From positions 46,252,001 through 46,316,000 of the forward strand of contig OY740795.1 of the NCBI GenBank assembly GCA_963514005.1: a DNA stretch of 64,000 nucleotides, given 5' to 3'. Of this stretch, positions 53,054 to 64,000 are shown one piece after another. The notes under the pieces are model-generated. The model was not told where the DNA came from and did no database searches. It saw only the letters and a list, made by a program, of their open reading frames with translations. How positions within the stretch are numbered: the stretch's first letter is position 1; each line of letters begins with the position of its first letter. The DNA is from Raja brachyura (Eukaryota). The position numbers and the translations under genes were made by a program.

Positions 53054-53306
53054 AAAGCCTAATTTTTCCAATGGGACACAGTAAGTGATCCCATTGGAAA
53101 AAGGAAATACCTACCTTGAAGATATGATCAGGAAAGCAACTTCTTCCTGCTGGTTTGCCTGAGTCACTGTCCAAAAATCTGTTCAAGGATAATTAGGAGC
53201 TGAAGAGTTAATGCTGATAATCTAAAGTCTGACGTGATTGTACTTGGTTTTAAACGGTGCCAGAACCACTGCTGTTTATATTATTAATGAGCCAATCTGT
53301 CCATAG

Positions 53307-53375
53307 GAGCAAAAGCGAATGTTGGAGCTCGGAATTACCGGACCAGAGGGACATGTTCTTAGTCGACCTGAAGAG
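53307..53375 (+). CDS. DPYSL4: Exon 7 (69 nt) EQKRMLELGITGPEGHVLSRPEE
   Basis: catag acceptor, GTAAAA donor; GITGPEGH motif. Confidence 0.95.
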
Positions 53376-53449
53376 GTAAAACAATGTTTAGCTTCATTTG
53401 AAAGAACGTGCATCAAGAAAATATCTTGTCCCACTAACATTTGACTAAA

Positions 53450-53785
53450 AAAGACACAAAGTGCTGGAGTAACTCAGCAGGTCAGGCAGCATCTCTGGAG
53501 AACATGAATTTAGTTTAGTTTAGTGATACAGCATTGAAATTAGGCCCGTCGCCCCTTTGAGTCCACACCCGCCATCATTTACCCGTTCACACTAGTTCTG
53601 TTAGCCCATAAAAGGACACAAAGTGCTGAACTAACGCAGGCAGCATCTCTGAAGAAAATGGATAGATGACACTTTATGTTGGCATGCATCTCCAGATTTG
53701 AAATGTCACAATGCTGCCTGACCTGCTGAGTTACTGCAGCACCTTTTGTCTTTTTTGGTAAACCAGCCTCTGCAGGTCTTTGTGT
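53450..53785. mobile_element. Cluster of Penelope-terminus fragments with a V-SINE tail
   Basis: Two reverse copies and one forward copy interrupted by a SINE 3' end (about 53507-53605). Confidence 0.65.
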
Positions 53786-53899
53786 TTAACCTTTCACTAA
53801 TACTGACAGTGTGTAAATCATAACCGAAAATTAATTGAACCTTAATTTCTGATTTTTCCTTTGTTCACATTTGATGGTTTACAAATGTATTTTAAAGTC

Positions 53900-54760
53900 A
53901 CCACCTCTAAAGTCTGTTTTGGAAAGGCGCGGTCGAGTGGTGACCATGTACTGTTGGACAGGACAACATGTGTAGTCAATGGCTCAGTGGCCCTAAGACA
54001 GATTGAGGAATATTAATTATCAATTGGGAGCACGTTACGTGTTGCCTTGGCAGGGGGTGTATGTAGAGAAAATTCAAAATGAGCCTGGAGGGGATGATTG
54101 AGTTGATGCTGAGCTGTAGTCGATGAACAGGAGCATGTTGTATGTGTTAAAGAAGGAACTGCAGATGCTGGAGAATCGAGGGTACACAAAAGGCTGGAGA
54201 AACTCAGTGGGTGCAGCAGCATCTAGGGAGTGAAGGAGATAGGCAACGTTTCGGGCCGAACCCCTTCTTCAGACTCAATGTTGTATGTGTTCCTGTTATC
54301 GAGAAGGTCCAGAGCAGTGTGGAGAGCCAGTGAGATAGCATCTGTTGTTGAACTGTTATGGCGAGAGACAAGTTGACCACCCAGGTAATTTCTAAAGCAG
54401 GAGTTGATTTGTTCCATAACCAACCCCTCAAAACAATTCCTTACAGTGGCTGCAAGAGCTGCTGGACAGTAGTCATTGAGACGGGTCACCATGCTTGCTT
54501 GCCTTGTGCACTGATATGAAGCAGATGAGGACCTCAGACGCTGGAGCATTTAAATACACCAGCCAGATGGTCCACAAGGGTCTTTAGCATTGGCCAGATA
54601 CACCACCATGTATGGACACTCTGCATGGATTCACCCTCTTGAAGGATGCTCTAAGATCAGCCTCGGAGACTAGATCACAACATCGTCAGGGGCTTTGGGG
54701 ATTTGTGTAGGTGTGCCATTGATCTGTCTTTCACAGTGTGTCTATAGTGCATTGACCTAT
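53900..54760 (-). mobile_element. Degenerate Rex1-like LINE RT fragment
   Basis: LNDYCPAALAATVRNCFEGLV...TTDAISLALHTALDLLD. Confidence 0.7.
54149..54277 (-). mobile_element. Penelope-terminus element (second subfamily) inserted in a Rex-like LINE
   Basis: 14-bp TSD ATGTTGTATGTGTT (54135-54148/54278-54291); minus-strand core CTGAAGA-AGGGGTTCGGCCC-GAAAC-GTT. Confidence 0.85.
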
Positions 54761-56399
54761 TATGCCCATGGCAGCTGTTTAAACAGCTCTTTGAAATTGC
54801 ACTAAGTGTCAACAAGACATCTGCCCCAAGGATCCAGGCCCAGCATAATGGGATTATTGTGGATTAATAAAAGTATACAGTGGTCCTCTCATCCTCACCT
54901 CGACTCCAGCTGCTATGATGCTCCTTTGTGTCGTCAGGGTAACTGGGTGATGGTGTCACTGTTCAGGTCAGTTTCATTTGTTACGTGTACCGAAGTACAG
55001 TAAAAAGCATTTGTTGTGTGCTAAACAGTCAGCGGAAAAACAATACATGAGTGTAATCAAGCCATTCATAGTGTGCAGATACATGATAAGGAAATAACAT
55101 TTAGTGCAAAATAAAGCCAGTAAAGTCCGATCAATGATAGCCGTGTTTAGGAACCATGTTTGTGGTTGCCTTGGAGATTTTCAGCCTCGCCCCACATCTG
55201 TTGGATTAATGGAATATATGTCGTCCCTTATTAATGTCACCGAGCACAGAGAGCTTCACTGTCAGATAATCGACATCTTGTACATTGTGGATGTTTTGCC
55301 AGTACTATCCCTACTGACATCATCAAGTTGGCTGAATACTTAACACGTTGAAGAACTCTCAAAAGCTGTAAATCTGGAAGGAATAAAGCACAGTGTTATT
55401 GGAAATATTTTGGCCATTTCGTAGAACATTGGATAAAGATTATAACGTCGACATTTTATAAAATTATGTAGCATTGCAGTGTTTTTTATTTGTACAACAT
55501 TAGTGCTTGTCGCTGCAAGCTTGCATACAAATTTTATATTACACATAGCACCGTTGTCTCCCTGAATTGTATCTCTTTTCCTTCCATACTAGCAAAGATC
55601 TGTGTTAGGTATTTGGCCTCCTCTAATCTGTTAACTTTCTATAATTCCACTCTGTTTTGCAGCAACAAGATGGTTTTCATCTTCACTTAGATGAACTGTA
55701 GACTTATGTGAGCTTGTGTACTGGCCTTGTCCCTTCACTAGTACTCCTCTGCCTGCTACTAGTCTTCCTCCCTCCACTCTGGGATGAAAAGCCCTTTTAT
55801 ATTAGTGGCATTCCTCTTGTAAACTTGGCATTTCTCCTGCCATTCATATTGTTTACCACAATATTTGCATATTTTACGCCATTATTGTTCTCTGTGCTGG
55901 GTTGACGGGCATGGACTAAATTGTGTTGTCTGTTCTCAACTCATCAACTCTGAATTTCGGCAGCTCGGTGCCAAATGTTACCAAAGCTAACACGACTTTT
56001 TTCAACCTCTGCTCATTAAAACCTTCATCTTGAATTCCTATCTCGGATCAATGACTCCGTCAAATCTTCCTCTTTGCATTGCAGGTTTTAATAATTCTCG
56101 GGAAGGTTTTGAAAACCTCTTCCACTGTCTCATTGACAGACTTAATTATTTGGCGCATCTCTCTTCCTTGGTGATAAACCAAATACAGGACCATCTTTGC
56201 ATTCGCCTTTTTAATGGCCGTTACCAACGCATTAAGAAAAGTCAGCATTGTGAACACCTGATGCTGCACGTCTGCTTACAAATGAGTCACAACTTCACCT
56301 AGAAAGAGTGTTTTAGTCCCAGGACAATAAGGAAAAAAGGAGTGAAGAAAGCCAGCATTGCTTCAGGTTCCTGAAAATGTGGTCTCTTTGAATTACCAA

Positions 56400-56930
56400 A
56401 CCTAGGTTGCATGATCACTTTTCAGAATGTCTTTCTTCAGTCTGCAAAGATAACCCTGAGATGCCAGTAGAATCACTTCCATTCTACTTCCCATTCACTC
56501 CGACTCCTTTATTTGGCCTCCTCCATTTATCCAGTTAAGGTCAATGACCATTTTCCGTTTAGTATGTTAAAGCCTGCAGGACGTAATGCAAACTTCAATC
56601 ATTTCAATTAATTTAGTCAACTGCTTCTCCTCTGTTTTTCATATTTCATATCGTTAGTTTTTATTTCTTCTCTTGATTTAATTTTTCTCTTCCTACTAAC
56701 ACCTCACCCAGACATTGCCATTGCATTGAGTTCTTTAACCCAACTCCGTCTCTTATCTTTGTGAGGAATCTTCCCTTTTTTTCTCTGCCACTTCCCTACT
56801 TTCTCTGCGAGCTAAAACTCTCATTTTTCCTGCAACATTAACGCAGTTTCTCTCTTCACAGACGCTATCTAAGCTGTTCAATGTATACAATATTTTCTGG
56901 CATTTTTCAGATTTGCATTGTATTTTATTT
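56400..56930 (+). mobile_element. Old degenerate Penelope-like 3' end
   Basis: Weak similarity to the 58555-58983 body and tail (tttctctcttcacagacgct). Confidence 0.4.
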
Positions 56931-57164
56931 TTGGGTGAATGGAAGGCATCTGTTTAGCTGTTCCATTCTGCTCTCTGTTGGCAGTAAGCTGGGCTCCATA
57001 GTGTTGTATCTCTATTATCTGGCCACATTATCATCAACACTCCAAAACCCATCTCTTTCCAGCCTCACCATACAATAACCTCCCGCAGCAATCTGCGCTG
57101 CTCTCGACAGCAAATCAGTGTTCCAAGGAAAACCACATCAAGTTGATATAACATGATCACACGA

Positions 57165-57613
57165 CGATGGCGTGTGGCAGAGGACTTCCCGAGGTGTCGC
57201 TGCCATGGAATGCGGGAACCAACCCTGAGGACCAGAAGACCGCAGAACCAGGAGGGAGCCACTGGTCACGGCAGATGCGAGGAGCACGAGCCAGTCAGAG
57301 GGTGAACCAGATTAATGCCTCCAGTGTCTTCAAGGTTGGCCTCAGGAGGTTTCCCCGTGGCACATAGATATCCGGGCGAGGGGAGGAATGCTGGTTCTCG
57401 GGCTGATCTGATTGAAAGCGACAGAGGAGGAGGCCCCGCAGGAGCCTGGGGCTTGCCTGGATCGGGAACTGCACCAGTAGACCGAGCGTGTGGGCGGATT
57501 GTATTTTGGGCTGTGGAGATGGCAGCAAGGCATGGCGACGCCTTCAAGTGTAAATATGCAAAAATAATTTCACTATGCAGTTACATATGTGACAGATAAA
57601 GCACCATTGAACC
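57165..57613 (+). repeat. GC-rich SINE-like element with a LINE-type 3' tail
   Basis: GC/CpG-rich body ending atttcactatgcagttacatatgtgacagataaagc, resembling the Rex-like tails. Confidence 0.4.
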
Positions 57614-57624
57614 AACCTGACAGC

Positions 57625-57995
57625 ACAACAGAATAGTGAAAGGCTTGGATAGACTGGATGTGGAGAGGCTTTCTCCACTTGTGAGTCTAGGACTAGAGGT
57701 CAGAGCCTCAGAATTAAAGAACGTACTTTTAGGAAGGATATTGAGGAGTCATTTCTTTGGTCAGAGGGTGGTGAATCCGTGAAATTCTTTGCCACAGAAG
57801 GGTGTGGAGGCCATGTCAGTGGATATTTTTTAAGGCAGAGATAGACAAATTCTTGATTAGTACGGGTGTCAGAGGTTATGGGGAGAAAGCAGGAGAATGG
57901 GGTTAGGAGGGAGACATAGATCAGCCATGATTGAGTGGCAGAGTAGACTTGATGGCACGAATGACCTAATTCTACTCCGCTCACATGATATTATG
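57625..57995 (+). mobile_element. CR1 LINE 3' end
   Basis: Same subfamily as 39487-39860. Confidence 0.8.
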
Positions 57996-58415
57996 ATTAC
58001 AATATGCTGTCTCCAGTGACTGTTTTTACTTTAAATGATGTATAATGTAATTCTTGTCAAACTCCATGGGTCCTGGTGAGTCATGCTGAATGTTTACTTC
58101 AGAGCTGTTTACTGCAAGGAAATGGCCGTCCTCTGCCTTAGCAACACTTCCTGACATGGAAACTGCCGAATGCTCACAATTACCATAAGTTGCCACTAGA
58201 TGGCGAACATTTCTTGCAAAGTAGAAACAGAGGCATTGCTGAAACAAAATGAAATCCATTGTATTGAAATATGTACCTGAAATTACAACCCACATATATA
58301 ACATCAGACTTCACAATTAAACTCTTTGCTAACATCAATTATGTTATAGTCCACAATTAAACTTCATGTACATTATAACAAGATCAGTTTATAAATGCCT
58401 GAGTTTTTCATAAAT

Positions 58416-58983
58416 GTGTAGGAAGGAACTGCAGATGCTGGTTTAAACCGAAGATGGACACAAAAAGCTGGAGTAATTCAGCGGGTCGGACAGAATCTCT
58501 GGAGAAAAGGGAATAGGTGACATTTTGGTGGGTCGTTGGGTGGCTCGGTCCACCTAGGCCCACCTGATATCCCAGTTGCCAAACACTTTAATTCCCTTTC
58601 CCATTCCCACACCGACCTTTCTGTCCGGAGCCTCCTCCGTTGTCAGTGCAAATTGGAGGAGCAGCCCTTCGATTTTGCTTGGGCAGCTTACAACCCAACA
58701 GATGAATATTGATTTCTCCAACTCCATCCCTCCACCACACAAGTTGTAGTAGCTTCAAAGTCGTCTTGTTGAGTCTCATTGTCTGTAACTCGTTTTCACC
58801 TAGCCCACAGCTAACAATGGCCTGTTTCCTTTACCATCGGTACTTTTTTTTGCATTAATGATTCTGTTCTATATCTCTCATTTCCCTTTCCCCTGGCTCT
58901 CAGTCTGAAGAAGGGTCTCGTCCCGAAATGTCACCTATTCCTTGCCTGACCCGCTGAGTTACTCCAGCTTTTTTGCGTCTATC
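58416..58983 (+). mobile_element. 5'-truncated Penelope-like element with an inverted 5' terminal copy
   Basis: Remnant PVAKHFNS.SHSHTDLSV...KLEEQ...LGSLQPN.MNIDFSN (GIY-YIG C-terminus), then terminal repeat; 12-bp TSD TTTTTCATAAAT (58404-58415/58984-58995). Confidence 0.85.
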
Positions 58984-59427
58984 TTTTTCATAAATACATT
59001 GATTCTGGTTGAGTTAAGTGAAGGAGGCTACGTCCTATTACAGATTCTGGAGGAGTGATAAATTACAGCAGCCATAGGATTTCTTTCTCAACCTATTCAT
59101 GAATGCAAGGCCCAGAGTTGCCAGTTTCATGGTGTTAAGATGAAGATAGATTTACTGTCATCATACCACAAAAGTCTGACTTGCCATATATAGTTTGGAA
59201 TCTAATCATTCATGTTACAAATATAATAGCTGTGCAATCACCAATGTTCTTATTATATATGTTATATATATCACAGTCATTACATTTAAATCAGTTTGGG
59301 AAATGTCCTTTTATTTTTCATGAGGAGGGAGCAATAGACAGAGGATAAAAATGGAATGTTGGGGCTTTTTATTCAGAGGGTATTTTTCATCACCAAAGTA
59401 AAACTATGATCAAAATGTTTCTTCCAG

Positions 59428-59548
59428 GTTGAAGCAGAAGCAGTGTATCGTGCAATCACTATCGCAAGCCAAGCCAACTGCCCCTTGTACGTCACCAAAG
59501 TCATGAGCAAAAGTGCTGCTGACGTAATTGCTCAAGCGCGCAAGAAAG
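59428..59548 (+). CDS. DPYSL4: Exon 8 (121 nt) [40 protein letters not shown]
   Basis: ttccag acceptor, GTAGGG donor; AVYRA and [10 protein letters not shown] are CRMP3-like. Confidence 0.95.
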
Positions 59549-59677
59549 GTAGGGAGACAATTTTGATCTGTTGCAGCTCATCTGAGTGTAGATGGTTTTT
59601 CTTTCTTGGTCAGTCAGACTGGTTCTTTCAGATTGTCTGGATCATATGCATCATGATCCTGATCATTTGTTTATTTT

Positions 59678-59963
59678 TTGTTTAGTGATACAGCGTGCTT
59701 AGGTGCTTAGGCCCACCGAGTCCGTACCGACCAGCGATCCCCGCACATTAATACTACCCTACACACCCTCAAGACAATTTTATATTTACACCTAGCCAAT
59801 CAACCTACAAACCTGTGCGTCTTTGGAGTGTGGGAGGGAACCGAAGATCTCGGAGAAAACCGACGCGGGTCATTGGGAGAACGTACAAACTCCGTACGGA
59901 CAGCACCCGTAGTCAGGATTGAACCCAATCTCTGGCGCTATAAGGTGGCCACTGTGCCACCGT
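59678..59963 (-). mobile_element. V-SINE (HE1-like) in intron 8
   Basis: Reverse complement of the same family. Confidence 0.8.
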
Positions 59964-60100
59964 TCTAATACTACTACGCTGTAGTTCCAAGCCTACAGTC
60001 ATATCTCATGAGTGGAGAGGTTTACAGATATTCTGGAGCTTTCAGAGTCAGAAATATTCGGAATTATTGAATTGTGTTTCAGCAAAGTGTCCCATAATAA

Positions 60101-60364
<264 letters not shown>

Positions 60365-60689
60365 TAAGTTGCCTCACTGCTTACTAATAATGCTATATAT
60401 TTATTTTTTTGATTTTTGCAATGTAATGGAAGATAATAGTGGCTCTAATGTGAACTAAAACCATAAGGTAAAATCAAACCATGAAATAGATCCATGCACT
60501 TATGGGATATGCGGTTAGCACAATGAAATGAATTGGATAATTATGTGGTTAAAGCCTGTAGCCGCTAGGCAGTTTGTATTCGTCTTAGCCAAATTGAAAT
60601 CCTAATCTTTATAAGTAATAGGAGTTAATTTGCGCAGAGTAGACAGAGAAAGCCTGTTCACTTAGAATAGTGGGAGTGAGAAGCCCATT

Positions 60690-61432
60690 ATTATCCGAAT
60701 GTTGTCAGATTAGGAAAAAAGGAGTTGCAACGAGACCTGGGTGTGCTTGTACATCAGTCACTGAAGGTAAGCATGCAGGTACAGCAGACAGTGATGAAAG
60801 CTAGTGGCATATTGGCCTTGATTGCGAGAGGATTTGAGTTTAGGAGCAAGGAGGTCCTACTGCAGTTGTGCGGGGCATTGGTGAGACCACATCTGGAGTA
60901 TTGTGTGCAATTTTGATCTCCTAATTTGAGGACGGATATTATTGCTGTTGAGCGAGTGCAGCATAGGTTCACCAGGTTAATTGCCGGGATGGCTGGACTG
61001 ACTTATGATGAAAGAATGGGTCATGTATTCACTGGAATAGGATGATAGGGGATCTTATAGAAACATATAACATTCCTAAAGGGCTGGACAGACTAGATGC
61101 AGGAAAAATGCTTCTGATGTTGGGGGAGTCCAGAACCAGGGGTCACCGTTTAAGAATAAGGGGTAGGCCATTTAGGACTGAGATGAGGAAAAACCTTTTC
61201 ACCCAGAGAGTTGTTATTCTGTGGAATTCTCTGCCACAGAGGCAGTGGAGGCCAATTCACTGGATGTTTTCAAGAGAGAGTTTGATTTAGCTCTTAGGGC
61301 TAACGGAATCAAGGTATATGGGGAAAAAGCAGGAACGGGGTACTGATTTTAGGTAATCAGCCATGATCATATTGAATGTCGGTGCTGGCTCGAAGGGCTG
61401 AATGGCCTACTCCTGCACCTATTTTTCTATGT
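60690..61432 (+). mobile_element. CR1 LINE 3' end in intron 9
   Basis: QRDLGVLVHQSLK...VRPHLEYCVQF; GDLIETY...TRGH. Confidence 0.9.
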
Positions 61433-61483
61433 TCAGATCTGACACACACGGTAACTTGCCTTTTAATTTGCCTCTGAACACAG

Positions 61484-61625
61484 TGGCGATTTGCAGGTTA
61501 CAGGCAGCGCTCACTGTGCTTTCACCACTGCCCAGAAAGCCATCGGGAAAGACGACTTCCGACTGATCCCAGAGGGAGTTAATGGTATTGAAGAGAGGAT
61601 GACCATTGTTTGGGATAAGGCTGTG
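61484..61625 (+). CDS. DPYSL4: Exon 10 (142 nt) [47 protein letters not shown]
   Basis: cacag acceptor, GTATGT donor; FTTAQKA is CRMP3-like. Confidence 0.95.
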
Positions 61626-62000
61626 GTATGTAAACACTATAAAATAAGCAGCATACACCTTTGTAATGAAAAGGAACTGCTTACCAAAGAAAGATACAAA
61701 GATACTCAGAGGGTCAGGCAGCATCTCTGGAGAACATGGATAGGCGACATTTCGAGTCGGGATCCTTTTTCACTCAAGTCTTCCGACTGAGAAGATATAC
61801 CATAGAATACATTTGTTGAATATTTCAGTGAGTAAGTGATTTCAGCTTAGCTGTAGCTGACCAGAAGTGTAACTAGATGCCAAAAGGCCTAAAATGGCGG
61901 ATATATTTTCCCGTGTCTGTGGTCAGTATAGTTCAGTTTATTATTGTCACGTGGACCAAGGTACAGTGATATTCCTCATCTTAGAGAAAGGCTGAAGAAG

Positions 62001-62190
62001 GTCGACACAAAAAGCTGGAGTAATTCAGCGGATCAGACAGCATCTCTGGAGAAAAGGAATAGGTGACGTTTTGGGTCGAGACCGTTCTTCAGACTGCAGT
62101 CCAGAGATGCTGCCTGACCCGCTGAATTACTCCAGCTTTTTGTGTCTATCTTCGGTTTAAACCAGTATCTGCAGTTCCTTTGTGCAGATC
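62001..62190. mobile_element. Fold-back Penelope-terminus element
   Basis: 13-bp TSD AAGGCTGAAGAAG (61988-62000/62191-62203). Confidence 0.8.
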
Positions 62191-62249
62191 AAGGCTGAAG
62201 AAGAGATGGAAAAAGAGAATGTTGGTGAAAGGAGCCATTTAAAGTGAAT

Positions 62250-62882
62250 TGTTCTCTGAAAGTGGAAACATGGGTAGAAAAGGTGGTGAAGAAGTCATTC
62301 TTAACACATGAATCGGAACGTCATGTTGCATCTGTACAAGACGTAGGTGAGAGCACACTTAACGTTTTGTGTACAGTTTGAGTCGCCTTGTTTCTGGAAG
62401 GATGCCATTAAGCTGGAAGGGGTGCAGAAAAGATACACACATATGGATGTTACTGAAACTGAAAACCTTGTGTTATAAAGAGAGTGGATAGCCTGGGCTT
62501 TTTTTTAACCTGGAATGTAGGAGGCTGAGTTAGGGCCTTACAGAAGAATGGGGGTCATAGATAAGGTGAATGGTCCCAATCATTCTGCCAGGTAGGGAAG
62601 TGTAAAACTAGAAGGCATAGATTTAAGGTGAGAGAGGAAAGATTTAAAGAGGAATCCAAGTGGCAACTTTTTCCACCCAGGATGGTGGGTATGTGGGATA
62701 AGCTGCCAGGTGGGTAACAGTACACCATTTAAAAGACATTTGGGCGGGTTCAAAGATTGGAATAGTTCAGAGGGATATGAACCAAGACACAGACTAATGG
62801 GACTAGCTCAGCTGGACAACTTGGTCAACATTGATGAGTTGAGCCGAAGGGCCTCTTTCCATGATGTATGTTCCTGTGACTC
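62250..62882 (+). mobile_element. Old CR1 LINE 3' end
   Basis: Degenerate ORF2 end and tail. Confidence 0.65.
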
Positions 62883-63270
62883 TGGATCCATCTGTCCAAT
62901 ATTCAGGCAGATTTTTGTTGTTGATTCAGTGCTGCAAAGAAAAGGAAATTCCCAGAGCTCGCTGTGGGGGACGGTTCTGACCATGCAATAGTGTTGGTCT
63001 TATTTTAACGGTGGACAGGCGGAGGATGATGGCTGCAGCAGAAAAGGGTCCCCGGTCTTCTTGGATTCCATGCCACTGGAATCTGACCCAGATTTGTCAA
63101 GGGTCGTGTGGTGGCTGTCTGTGCACCAGTCTCCCCGTGTTAAACAAAGTCATGCACAGGCGTCCTCCATGAGAGGACAGTCATACTTGTTTCGAGTGAC
63201 TGCCGATTATGATTTTAATAGGAAGTACAATATAACAGTTAATCATTGACTCTTTGTATGTTCCATGTAA

Positions 63271-63492
<222 letters not shown>

Positions 63493-64000
63493 TAAATAAT
63501 TTTATTGTTTTATTGCTCAGATAACTTGCTAAAGTTGTCTAATAGCTGGAAGTCCGAGTGGAGTTTTATTAGACTGTGATGGGGATTCTGTTCTTGAACA
63601 GATCTTATCTACAAAATCCAGCGTTACTTGGAGTACTCATTGACAAAGATCTGGAGGTCGAAATTCTTCCTCTCTTTTTCGAGGTGGGGCATATGCAGTA
63701 GTGTCAATACATTATAGTCCACTTCTGAGATTCTGCCGCATTCAGAACAACATTTTTGAATAAAACACACATAACATATAATCATACTTAGCACAATGAG
63801 AGGCACATGCAGGAATTTAAATTGGATCACTTTTGACGGGCCAAACCTATAACATGCTTGATTATTATTATGGGGTGAGCCAAAGCAAATGAGGCTGCAT
63901 TTCTACCCATGGCTTATAAAGTAAAGTCACATTTGATGAGGATGTTTACAATACATAAACATTTCTGTTGGAATAATAACGTCTCCGATCTAGATTTTGG

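Noticed and set aside
63600-63830. Antisense exon of a downstream gene such as STK32C
   Set aside because: No kinase motifs; the + frame LLGVLIDKDL looks more like an old LINE RT scrap

Overview
Vertebrate genomic DNA, most likely an elasmobranch (shark/skate/ray), inferred from the HE1-like V-SINEs and the CR1/Penelope repeat content. About 31 kb of repeat-rich intergenic sequence is followed by the 5' part of a + strand collapsin response mediator protein gene, best matching DPYSL4/CRMP3. It has two alternative first coding exons (long A-type 31312-31683, short B-type 33400-33441) and exons 2-11, all GT-AG and in phase; the gene continues past the window. Repeats include many 5'-truncated CR1 and Rex1/Babar LINEs, tRNA-derived V-SINEs, Penelope RT and GIY-YIG remnants, two Harbinger-like MITEs, a hAT MITE, a 1-kb TIR element and a non-autonomous Helitron. 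The most notable signal is a family of roughly 20 short Penelope-terminus-derived insertions. They carry a minimal hammerhead-ribozyme-like core (CUGANGA-stem II-GAAAC-GUH), are often fold-back dimers, and several have 12-14 bp TSDs. Family names come from motif recognition, not database searches, and LINE boundaries are approximate.
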